From NCBI GenBank assembly GCA_951406725.2, contig OX597825.1, positions 50,840,001 to 50,904,000 of the forward strand: DNA of 64,000 bases, in the 5' to 3' direction. This document shows, piece after piece, positions 52,079-64,000 of the stretch. Source of the DNA: Octopus vulgaris. Its lineage: Eukaryota. Made by a program: the position numbers and the translations under genes. Numbering within the stretch: the stretch's first letter is position 1; every line of letters begins with the position of its first letter. The notes under the pieces were generated by a model. The model was not told the DNA's origin. It ran no database searches and saw only the letters and a list, made by a program, of their open reading frames with translations.

Positions 52079-54135
52079 ATGGTTGTACTGATAGCAAGGT
52101 GTATGAATGTACGTGTCTTGGTGTCAGCTAAGAAGCAAGGTCACTTGCAGAACGAGCTCAAGTCGCTCATCATAGATGTGGTAGGCATCACTGAAACGAA
52201 AATTTCTGAAGCGCTTACAGTAGCGCCCATTTTCGAAGACTGTAATATATTCTATCACGTGGTTAATCAGGATCGGACGGCAGGGTAGTAGTGCTATTCT
52301 GAATACCCTAAATCTCAAAGAACGGGAAATCTGCCAGAATCTGGAAGGAAAGATTGGCGCTATGGTTAAAGCTATCGATACTATCGAACATCGTTACTTA
52401 GGGGCCGTCCGGAAATCAACCGTATGCGGATCCGTTTTCAGACATTTGCTTGCTGAAATACACAGCAGTACCTGCATAGTGGTCAAAGTAAATGGCCACT
52501 TATCAGACCAATTTGCATCATGCTATCGGGCTTTCCGTTGTCTCTTCTGTACATGCAGGTTGTCGAGTCAATTCTGCAGAAGTTGGAACTATTATGCAGA
52601 ATCCCATTCGAAATGGGTCATGGGAGATCAGTGTTGGCTTACTCGGGTGGTGTCACCGTCATGTGCCGGACAGGAGAAGGTTGGCACCATTCTAAAGGTA
52701 TGGTGATAAGGGGCCAACGTCATCTTCGACAAGGTGGTAGGCTTGTAGCTAGGCACCTGGAGAGGCAGATCCTTGTCGTTGGACAAGGTTGTTAGACGCT
52801 GGACTGACAGACCATTTAAACTCCTCGGATGTGGTTCGGTGCCAAACTCCTTGTAGATAAGAACTGGGAGTATGCGAGAAAAAGAGTAACCAATCTCACC
52901 CAGAAATGAGTAGAGAAGAAGGTGTTCCTGAAAGAGCGGATAGAGGTAGCGATGGTCGTAAATCACCTTCATTATTATATTTCTCCTGGTGTCGTGTCTT
53001 GCCTCGACCACAGCTTTATCAGGTTGGGATATCTATTATATATTTTCTTGTGAAAGGGATGCCTTCCAATGGTTAGGCGGTCAGTCTGTTGCCAGCATCT
53101 TCTGCCTGATGGCTATAGCACGCCGTGACTACTGATGCGCAAAGCTTCGCCAGCTGCAACGATTCCTTGACAGTGAACGGGTGTGGGCTCCGTTCGAGAG
53201 ACAAGCATTCCACAGCTCGCCTCATTGACAGTGCAGTAGTTTTGGGTGCAGTAAAGATCAAGACTGAGTGTTCGGTACCAGGAGTGCCGCCAGTTACTCA
53301 CTATTCAGTGAGATCAACGGATGTTTCACTTAAGCAATATATACAGGATTAGTGGCGAGAAATGTGACGACATTCTCAGGGGGACTCTGAATGCCGAGGA
53401 AAATGAAGCGGCTTGTCTATTCCGGAGGACCTTCCGGTTGTGGTCTATCATAGATACATTCCAGAAGTCACGGGTCTGGCAGTGTTATCGAAGGGCGCTA
53501 CTGGTTAGAGATAAACTCTATAAGGACGAATGTGCTGTCAGACAAGCTTGTCCGAGATACGTGTAAAGTGGCGAAACCATTCTGCCTGTACTCGTTTATT
53601 GTCTGTGTATTGTTGACCAGCGGAGTTATGTCGAACAGCTGTTGTAGTGCGTAGGCCAGATCTGTCTGTTGACTGAGTCCATAGTGATGCTTGTCATGCT
53701 GCTCTTCTTTAACCGGACAGGTAAGGCAGCTTTCCTTTGTCCGGTAACTATGGCCGAAGAGGTTGTCTGGTGGAAGAGGTAGAAATGTATGACTCCAGAG
53801 ACATTCCTCTTTGGTAGAGCCCTCATTCACTTTTACAAGCTTCAAAAGGAAATGAGGGTGGGGAGGGTGGTGTTGTCTTCGAGCAAATTTATTCAGATAT
53901 AGATATAAGTGGACGGCACCGCTCTCAGTATAGATCTGTGAGTGAGAAAAATTAAACTTGAAGGGTAGTTGCCCTTGATATTCAGAGATGTCTTGGATGG
54001 TAGGGTTCCTCGATGATTGCTCCTAGAGGGACTATCACCTTATATTTTCTAATCATTCCGTTTTATATAAGTCCCTACACTTTGCTTGTGTTTGTATTGT
54101 ACTCCTCATCTGACATCCCGGTGGAAAATAAAATA
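52079..54135 (+). mobile_element. Tx1/L1-clade LINE fossil with large internal deletions
   Basis: APE N-terminus MNVRVL..KQGHL..DVVGITETK; RT KAIDTIEHRYL..VKVNGHLS, GFPLSLLY..ESILQKL, AYSGGVT (from AYADDVT); zf-RVT-like WQCYRRALLVRDKL..CPR..ETI. Confidence 0.8.
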
Positions 54136-54564
54136 AATTATCATTATCACCATCATCATTATTATTGTTGTGGCTCTTGTTGCCTCCTTTTGTATTACTT
54201 TGTTACGCTCACTCACAATATGTGAGACTGTTTCGTTTTTAATGTCACACATCCTATTTATTATTATCTTTATCTCAGCTTTTGTTGGAATTGCTGGAGT
54301 CTTGCATGCGTAGCGGGCTTCCTGCCTGTTCCCTACGGTACCATGCTATTCGTTCTCGTCAGCTATCTAGTACTTTCTTGATTATTCTGACCGTTAAATT
54401 CTATCCGCCTCAAGTATTCCCAGGTATTTATAACTTTATTGGGGTTCAATTACCTTAATCATTTCACCCGTTAGCATCTATATAACGTCTGTTCTGACAA
54501 GCTTTCCTCGTCTCATCACCATTGTAACACATTCATTCTGCATTTATCAATTTTGTATAACTCG

Positions 54565-54750
54565 TTAGCACGCGCGAAAAAAGCCAAGCAGCCTTTTTAC
54601 CGTCTTCATGTTCTGTGTTTAAATTCCACCGTGGTAGACTTTGCCTTTAATTCTTTCAAAAATAAAATAAGTACCAGTTGAGCACAAGAGTCGATGTAAA
54701 CGACATACACGTGCACCGAAATTGTTGGCCTTGTGATAAAATTCGAAACC
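54565..54750 (+). mobile_element. SINE family B fragment
   Basis: CGTTAGCACGC..AAATTCCACCGTGGTAGACTTTGCCTTT..AAATAAGTACCAGTTGAGCAC..TGGCCTTGTG. Confidence 0.65.
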
Positions 54751-55410
54751 AATGTGAAATGTAAGTCAGTCTTCATGTTGGTAGAAATGATTAAGGGGAA
54801 TTGAATGTGTGTAGTTACGTATACTTTTATAATTATGTACTTATAAAAATATGTAACAAAATTGAATATATACGTATAGCTAAGTTCGTTTGTTAAGGGT
54901 GATAAATACCAAATTTTGAAGGGAATGTTTATTGTGTCATTTACTGTGGCATAGTAAACATATCGTTTGTATAGTAGATGTAAGAACTCAGATGCAATAG
55001 CTGGAGTCATTTATACAAAATTGATAAATGCAGAATAAATAGAAAGTGAAATAAATTCATGTCATATCTAATAGACGCTTTACATCTAAGGGGAATATAC
55101 TGAAAGCAGGTCTCCTATGTAAAGTTAAAGTAAAATAAATGAGGTGATGGTAATAAAATGAAGTTGATATTTATAAAGGAATTGATGTCGATTCATTAAA
55201 TACAATAGTTATAGAAGTACGTTTTCAGAGTAAACTTCTCTGAGCTCGACATAAAAGATGAACTACAGCTCAAATAAATTCACTTACAGTTAATAATGTA
55301 TATAAATAGATTAAATTGTGTTTTGAAGTACATAATATGTGTGTGTGATTATAAAGAAATTGCATTTTCGACGTTTTTTTTCATTTTAATATTTCTATTA
55401 GAGTGATGAA

Positions 55411-56498
<1,088 letters not shown>

Positions 56499-56814
56499 TA
56501 TATAAATTAAGGGAAAAAACCACTTATTACCCTCGCCTAATTATTATAATCATTAGGGTAATTGCCACACAATAACCAACACTTGTGTATTAATTAGGTA
56601 TTCTACCAGCAGTATATTGGATAGATACTATCCCTTAGTTGGTTGGATTCACAACCTCTAACTGTCTTTGAATTATATATATAATTCCCATATCACAAAG
56701 ACTGCACATTTTCGATGGCCCGATAACTGAAGAAATGCTAGCGTGGGCCTCCGCCCATGATAAAACTCGGAGTTTTATCATGGCTACCGAATAACATATA
56801 TTTACAGATATATA

Positions 56815-56865
<51 letters not shown>

Positions 56866-56930
56866 GTATGTATGTGTGCATGTGTATATATATATATATA
56901 CGTATGTATGTGTTCCTGTGTATATATATA

Positions 56931-57608
56931 TGTGTTTGTGTGTGTGTGTATATATATAAATATCTATATGTTTATATATAGTACATATATATATGTATAA
57001 ATATATTATGTATATATGTATGTATATACGCACATTAGAAATGACAAGTACGTTTAAGGGGGTATTTATATGTTTCGGTTGAGAATAAAGATTAAATTAG
57101 GTGATTTAAACAATTGGTATTGTTTTAGATTTTGCCTCAATATGTAATATGCCTTACTATAAAATAGATTTTGAAAAATAAGCAGGAACTGAAATGGCAG
57201 GAAATAAGAAAAGGAACAAGAGCATTAAAGAAGTGGTTAAGAAATTATAAATAATATATAATCAGATGTAATGAAATAGAACAGATGAGAAATTGTAAGT
57301 TAAAGTTTATTGAATGCAACAAGAAATATTCGTTAAATAAAAAGTTAAAAACCATTGTATTAAGTTTATAAAATGAACGTGTATATATTAAGGGAATATG
57401 AGCAATGGCTCAGCAAGAATATTATTTTTAGACCAGGATTTATATTCTGTGTTTGTGTGTATATATATAAATATCTATATGTTTATATATATGTACATAT
57501 ATATATGTACATATATATATGTATAAATATATTATGTATATATGTATGTATATACGCACATTAGAAATGTCAAGTACGTTTAAGGGGGTGTATATATGTT
57601 TCGGTTGA
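56931..57608. repeat. ~150-bp direct repeats, probably tandem pLTR ends
   Basis: CGCACATTAGAAATG(A/T)CAAGTACGTTTAAGGGGGT..TATGTTTCGGTTGA at 56931-57081 and 57448-57608; the minus strand reads CCGAAACATATA (hammerhead 3' half). Confidence 0.75.
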
Positions 57609-57664
57609 AATATGGTCCTTAGTTATTTGTTCATTTTGTAATAATGTTGCGTCCTTTCAAAATT

Positions 57665-57830
57665 TTGGTTTTAAATTTTGGCACAAGGCCAAAAGTTCTG
57701 GAAAAGGTGTAAGTCGATTACATCGAACCCAGGGCTCAACTGGTACTTATACTATCGACCCCGAAAGGATGAAATTAAAGTCAATTTCGGTGGAATTTGA
57801 ACTCAGAACGTAAGGACGGTCGAAATGCCA
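57665..57830 (-). mobile_element. SINE family B fragment
   Basis: GGCACAAGGCC..GTCGATTACATCGA..CTGGTACTTAT..ATCGACCCCGAAAGGATGAAA..GGAATTTGAACTCAGAACG. Confidence 0.75.
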
Positions 57831-58489
57831 ATAGTTTACGTGTATATATATATATATGTATATATATATCATTAAAAATTTAGAATGTGCAATTTAGAAA
57901 AGAACTACTGATAGTTCCATGCTGTAGTGATACAGTAATTTGGCAGATTTAATTAATATACCGGCCATTTATCCCCAAGCAATCAATCTTTCACGGTCAG
58001 TGAATATCATTAGATGCATTTATAAACTATGACGCTGCTCTATAATAAATCAGATGAGAGAGATGAGTGAAAAAATACAAGAAGGTTAATGCATAAAGTG
58101 GAATGCGAAGAAAGAAAGGAAAAGAAAATTATGTGCTTTATATCTTTGCCAGTAGAAATCATAATTAACCTAGTTGGTGTAGAATAATATAGCAGGGAGG
58201 AGACCAAATTTTGAGATAGCTACGTTGTGTCTTCCAGTTCAGTCAGAGAAAGCTGTCCATATGCTTGCATTTGATAAAAAATTTTGTAGTGTAGTGGAAT
58301 TCTTGAAACTAAAAGGAATATGCTTCGAGACACGTTGCCTGTTGCATAAATATGTCAAATTACTGCATCTCTGAAGCATGAAAATATTAATTGCACTTTT
58401 TGTAAATTTTGTATATTAAATGATATTTACCTCTCATTGGATGGAGTACATTTTCTGTTAATTCTACCGATAATGGAACAGTAAATTAT

Positions 58490-59003
58490 ACTCACACAAA
58501 TCTACCAACGATGCCCATACTCACACAAGCTCCTCCTCCATCAACACTCATACACATAACAACAGTACGTTTAATATTAGTAAAAATTGTAACTGTAGAA
58601 ACCCTAAAACCTTAAAGGTAATTTAAAATGAAAAATGTTGTATATAAGGCTACTATCGCAACACATGATCTCTCTAGATTTCATTATATAGGTTGCACGC
58701 AGACCCCTCTAAAATTACGTTTGAATAATCATAAATCATCTTTTAATGATCTTCGGAAAGAAAGTAGTACCAATTTATCCAAAAAGGTATAGGAACTTCA
58801 AAAGAGACAAAATAAATTTCTCAATTTCTTGGAATATTGTTTTTTCTGCCCCTCTTATAGGATTAGAAATAGAACGTGCCTTTTTATGCCTTGAAGAATC
58901 TTATATAATTATGAAAACGAGCGGTTCTACTTTAAATTCGAGAGATCAAAGAGTTTTCTATTGTAAACATATGTCCAAATTTCTTTTCATTAATCTCAAA
59001 TAG
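58490..59003 (+). mobile_element. Naiad-like PLE GIY-YIG endonuclease remnant
   Basis: NCNCRNPK..KNVVYKATI..HYIGCTQTPLKLRLNNHKSSF..STNLSK..ISWNIV..LCLEES..LNSRDQ..CKH. Confidence 0.85.
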
Positions 59004-59230
59004 TCTTATTGATTATCTCTTTTTCATTTTTGTATTAGTTCTTATTACACTCTTAGGTTTTGTGTGTATGTAGGTTTTTTTCTCTGTGTGTGCATGTATG
59101 TATGTATTGTGTGCTTTTGTGGGCATGTATTATGCACTTGTTCTCATTTGTATCAGCACAAGTATGTGTGTCTACATATGTATGTGTGCCTATATATGTA
59201 AGTATATGTATGTTTGTGTATGTATGTATG

Positions 59231-59281
<51 letters not shown>

Positions 59282-60238
59282 GTACATATATGTGCGTGTA
59301 TTGTTATGTGTATGTTTGTATATGTATGCTTATATATGCACATATGTATATATATATATATATATTCGCATGTGGGCATGTACGCATGTCTATACTTGTA
59401 TGTTTTTGTGTTTGCGTATGAATGTATTTTATGTCCTTGTCTACTTGTGTATATACGAGTATATGTAGGTATGTATGTATGTGTACTTGTTTTGTTTGTA
59501 TATGCATGTTTTTGTGTAGGGATTTTTAACATATATGCATGTGTGTGTGCGTTTACTTGAATGTGTATGTTTTATGATTTATATTTGTGTTTGTAGGTGT
59601 GTTTAGGTATATATGTGTGTATGTGTATATGTATTTATATATGTATATATACGTGTATGTGTGTATATGTATATATATGTATATATATGTGTATATGTAT
59701 GTGTCTATATGAATATATACTCATATACGTTTATGTGAATACGTACTTTATATTACTTGTTGACGCTTCCCTCTCACTTGCACCCCTGTATGCGTATGCG
59801 TGAATGTATGTACGTTTTGTTGCTTGTATACGTGTGCGCTGTGTATGTGTGTATCTAAGTATATGTGTATGACAGTATATCCTTATGTGATAAGTGTATA
59901 CGGTTTTTCAATCACTTGAAAATTTATAATTTTCTCCTTCATATATCCGATTTTGTTCTTCTTTTATCTGATTGTCTCCCCTACCCCGGGCTAGTTTCTG
60001 AGTAAGGTAGCCTTCTTAAATACACCGGCCGGTCCTGTCAGTGATCGATGTTTTTCCTTGTTAATTTCTATTGCGTTTTTTTTCTCTGGTTGTATGTGCA
60101 TATTTACTTAAATATTATAACTATTTCAAACATAGCCTTGCCTACCACTTATTAGCCTCGTGTAATATATATATATATATATACGCACACACATACATAC
60201 ACACACACACACAAACACACATATATATATATACACAC

Positions 60239-60279
<41 letters not shown>

Positions 60280-60326
60280 TCAATAAATGGTGGGGTTATG
60301 TTGACCGCACGTGGAGAAATGATAAT

Positions 60327-61882
60327 CAAGGAAAAATTGTAAAAAAGCAGAATGCTAAATTGAAAGAAAATTTTAATGAAAATGGGTGTATGGAAAAAGA
60401 TTTTGAAAAATTGATAAAATATATAAATATATATTAATTCAAACGGGTTTTCGTCATAATGTGTCTTTTCAAGAATTGTAAAGGAAATTTTTTTTTTTAA
60501 ATGTGAGGAGGGGGAAAAACGAAAATTACATTGTTTTTTGCAAAAAAAATACTAATAAATATATACAAAAATTAAAAAAATAAGTGCTCCGATACATTGT
60601 AAAGTCTTTGTGTATCTTGAGTTTAATGATTGTTCACGAAAAAATTACCTTGAAGTATTAGGACCCAATGGGATTAAAACCATGTGTTGTTTAGTTTAAT
60701 TAAGGGTGTTGGCAAAACAGGAAGTAGTAGTAGTAGTAGTTCTTCAGTTCCTGTGTTGTGAATAAGGGGAAATAACTCTATGGGTTTTAAGCTCTTCAAT
60801 TTGTGTTTATCAATTTTTGTAATAAAGGGTGTTAATAAACCTTAAATTATAAAATTATCATTTTAGCTTCATTTGCATTATCTTTTTTATATAATTGTTT
60901 GCTAACTTAACATTCAGATTTTAACACTTTATTTATATTATTTTCTAATTATATAAATTTGCATAAACCAATTTATAATTACATTTCAGATTTTTATGCC
61001 ATATATAATAAAAATGATAGTAATAATAATAACAACAACAATAATAATGATATTTAAAGAATATAAGTTTTAGCTTGAAGTGATGAATGCATGGTATCCT
61101 TACATATTTGTGTTAGTCCATTTTTAATAACTATAAACAACAAAAAACAATCAGAAACCTCACTACACTCATACTCCAACACGGTCAGGGATTCACAGAA
61201 AAAGAAAGGGATTATATCACCAATTTCAAATGCAAGCCCAGCCTTTTTTATGGCCTTCCTAAAATCCATAAAAACAAATACATCACCGAAGCCTGCAAAC
61301 TCTCCTCTGCCATCCACATCAACATCAACCTTAAATCACATCAACCTTAAATTTTATAATTTAAGGTTTATTAACACCCTTTATTACAAAAAGTTGATAA
61401 ACACAAATTGAAGAGCTTAAAACCCATAGAGTTGTCTCCCCTTATTCACAACACAGGAACTGAAGAATTACTACTACTACTACTACTTCCTGTTTTGCCA
61501 ACACCCTTAATTAAACTAAACAACACATGGTTTTAATCCCATTGGATCCTAATACTTCAAGGTAATTTTTTCGTGAACAATCATTAAACTCAAGATACAC
61601 AAAGACTTTACAATGTATCGGAGTACTCATTTTTTTAATTTTTGTATACATTTATTATTATCTTTTTGCAAAAAAACAATGTAATTTTCTTTTTTCCCCC
61701 TCTTCACATTTAAAAAAACATTTTCCTTTACAATTCTTGAAAAGTCACATTACGACGAAATCCAGTTTGGATTAATATATATTTAAATATTTTATCAATT
61801 TTTCAAAAACTTTTTCCATATACCCATTTTCATTAAAATTTTCTTTCAATTTAGCATTCTGCCTTTTTACAATTTTTCCTTG
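60327..61882. mobile_element. PLE derivative: ~530-bp inverted pLTRs around a short RT N-terminal fragment
   Basis: Arms 60327-60855 and 61352-61882 are near reverse complements; spacer encodes FYGLPKIHKNKYITEAC (~61245-61300, +); decayed U3-A8 hammerhead TTGAAAA-GTC-ACATTAC-GAC-GAAA at 61732-61773 and its copy at 60436-60477. Confidence 0.9.
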
Positions 61883-62370
61883 CTCTCTCTCTCTCTCTCT
61901 ATCTCTATATATATATATATATTCGTTTTTCAATATTAATATTCATATGTATAACTCTATGTTTTTTTTCTGCTAATTCACCGTTTACGTTATATTATAC
62001 TATAAAAACGTGGCCCTGTTTACATTATACTTCGTCTCGACCTGTTACCTTTTTTTAAAAAACGTATGCGTTTAGATTTTTAATCTTATTTTTATGTTAT
62101 AGTTTACTCCTCATATAGACGTGCATACACATTGATATATATATATGTCTTTCCCCTCTGTGTTTAGCCCCTTTTGGGTAGTAAAGAAACAGATATATAT
62201 ATGTATTTTTCCCTTTCGTCTCTCTCACTGTTGTTATTACTGTTATTTTTTCCCTTTTACAACTTGCTTTTGTATTCTTAATAACCTTTTTGTATTCTTC
62301 CTTATTTTGTCTTATTTTACTTTACTTTATTTTATTAAGCCTCTTTTGATGTCCTTCCAAAAATACTTTC

Positions 62371-62462
62371 ACACTGATGAGAATGACAATGCATAAATTT
62401 AATCATATGATTATAATTTTTTTCTTACATATTTGTATTGTCCTTTGAAACGCGCGTACATA
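62371..62462 (+). ncRNA. type I hammerhead motif with long stem II
   Basis: CTGATGA-GAATGACAATGCA..TGTATTGTCCTTT-GAAA-C-GCGC-GTA; core intact; palindromic ACGCGCGT; stem I does not pair. Confidence 0.6.
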
Positions 62463-63734
62463 ATGAAACCAAATTTGTATTAAATCTACTTTTGATGCAA
62501 CATCTTTTTCTCTTCCAATTATATAATTGTTTGTGGTATATTTATACCTATTACAATATTTTTCAACAACTGTTTTCATATTCTTATTTCTTGCTCTGGC
62601 TGTTTTTTTTTTATGAATATGATGAATCTTTATTAGAAATCATTCCTTCTCCCTTTTTGGACCTCTCAAAAAGTTTGAATTGTTCTTTTTTGAATTTATT
62701 TTTCCTATATATATATTTATATTTATTTATATATGTACGTATGTATAAGTCTCGTCACCACTGCAATCTTCATCATCATCATCGACAGCATTTTTATCAT
62801 TAAGTAATGTCCATATTCCATACTGACATGGACTTCCTTGCTTAACAAGAGCCATCGAGTATGAGGTCGGTATCATGCTCTTATGTCTGCGTTGGAATAC
62901 TTTCTACAGTTGGATGTCCTTCCTAAATTCTTTCATGTTTATCTAAATTCGTATTAGCAAATGAAACATGTGGTGAATAAATAAGCCCTAAAATTGTCCA
63001 ACTATTTTGTTATATAATAATTCTGCAAAGAATATTTCCAGAGATGTCAACTCTAATATGTACCGTATATCATTGCAACAAGGACACCACTTACATACTG
63101 GATTGTGAGACTGGAATAAGCAGATGTGTATCAAGAGGAAGCAGCTTGGATTTTAACCTACCTACATAATATTAATACAATGTATATATATATATATACA
63201 CATATATATAAGTTGAAATCTTTGCCTATGGAAATGAAGAGACAACTCACATTTTTGACACAACAAGCTATAACGTCGTACTTAAAGATTATAGTATAAA
63301 ATATATATATAACGAACTTGACATCAAATATCAGAGGAGAAAAACGAACGCATTCTCCCATAGAACTGAATCTATATGACTACCGTATGCCAGGCGACCA
63401 TGTTGTGCGTGAAAAAAAAAAATTCCGGCTAATTTTATGCCTATAAACGGTTTAATGAACTAAGAGAACCATCTAATCCTATATCATTTCAGGATCACAT
63501 AAATAGCGAGGCAGCCTAGTTTCTAGAAGTCCAGAGATACTTTTGTATATGTGATTCTCAGATGACTGTGGTAAAATTAATTTTTATTGCCACATCATTA
63601 TGACTGTACGGCGTAACTACCATTTTTAACCCTAGGAAGAGTCTTCTCTAGTTGGTTATAAATGCAAGCTGCACCCGGTATATATTGCAAGCTGGGGAGA
63701 GAACCCCTACCATCTTCTAGCTGACGACGGAATA

Positions 63735-63778
63735 CCCTGACCGAGCGGCTTCGAGCTACTTGTGCTCATCGTCAGTGG
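63735..63778 (-). ncRNA. degenerate hammerhead motif
   Basis: CCA-CTGACGA-T-GAGC-ACAAGTA-GCTC-GAAG-CCG-CT-CGG-TC-AGG; A15.1>G and one extra base. Confidence 0.45.
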
Positions 63779-64000
63779 TGAATACTCGGTGGCGAGAGAT
63801 AACAGGAATTAACTCCAGCTCGAAATATATAAAAAAAATCAAGCGACAATCAGTCACTGAACTTGCAACAAGCAAAGTAGCTAATTAGAAAATCTCTATA
63901 AGTGATGGAAGTGGTAAATATACTGAGAAGAAATGTTTATCGCCACATCAATGTGGCCGTTTGACGTTCGAGTGCAGATTGCATCGATATCAAGCTGGAG

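Noticed and set aside
54531-55040. 30-bp inverted repeat ATTCTGCATTTATCAATTTTGTATAA / TTATACAAAATTGATAAATGCAGAAT
   Set aside because: Real but short, with heavily decayed outer arms; no element boundaries or function definable
59990-60045. Hammerhead expected at the 3' end of the Naiad remnant
   Set aside because: Only CCGGTC and a partial CTGAG remain; the core cannot be assembled

Overview
AT-rich, microsatellite-dense eukaryotic DNA, probably intronic or intergenic. The repeat families look cephalopod (Octopus-like), but that is inference. No intact host gene is supportable; there is one weak candidate exon at 29659-29770 (-). The window is a mosaic of decayed transposable elements: at least eight Penelope-like element (PLE) remnants from three lineages (Neptune-like, Naiad-like, Penelope/Poseidon-like), RTE, R4/Dong-like and Tx1/L1 LINE fragments, two mariner fossils, a Tigger/pogo fossil, two palindromic Tc1/mariner derivatives, three tRNA-derived SINE families and a ~550-bp non-coding element embedded in (AAT)n. 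The most notable signal is about a dozen minimal type I hammerhead ribozyme motifs, read by eye, in PLE pseudo-LTRs. They have palindromic stem III, often a long stem II, and four loci carry the compensatory U3-A8 core. Several sit in fold-back units, including a spacerless ~390-bp palindrome at 34884-35272 with one hammerhead per arm. Most ORFs in the supplied track are microsatellite artefacts. Coordinates were counted manually and may be off by a few bases.
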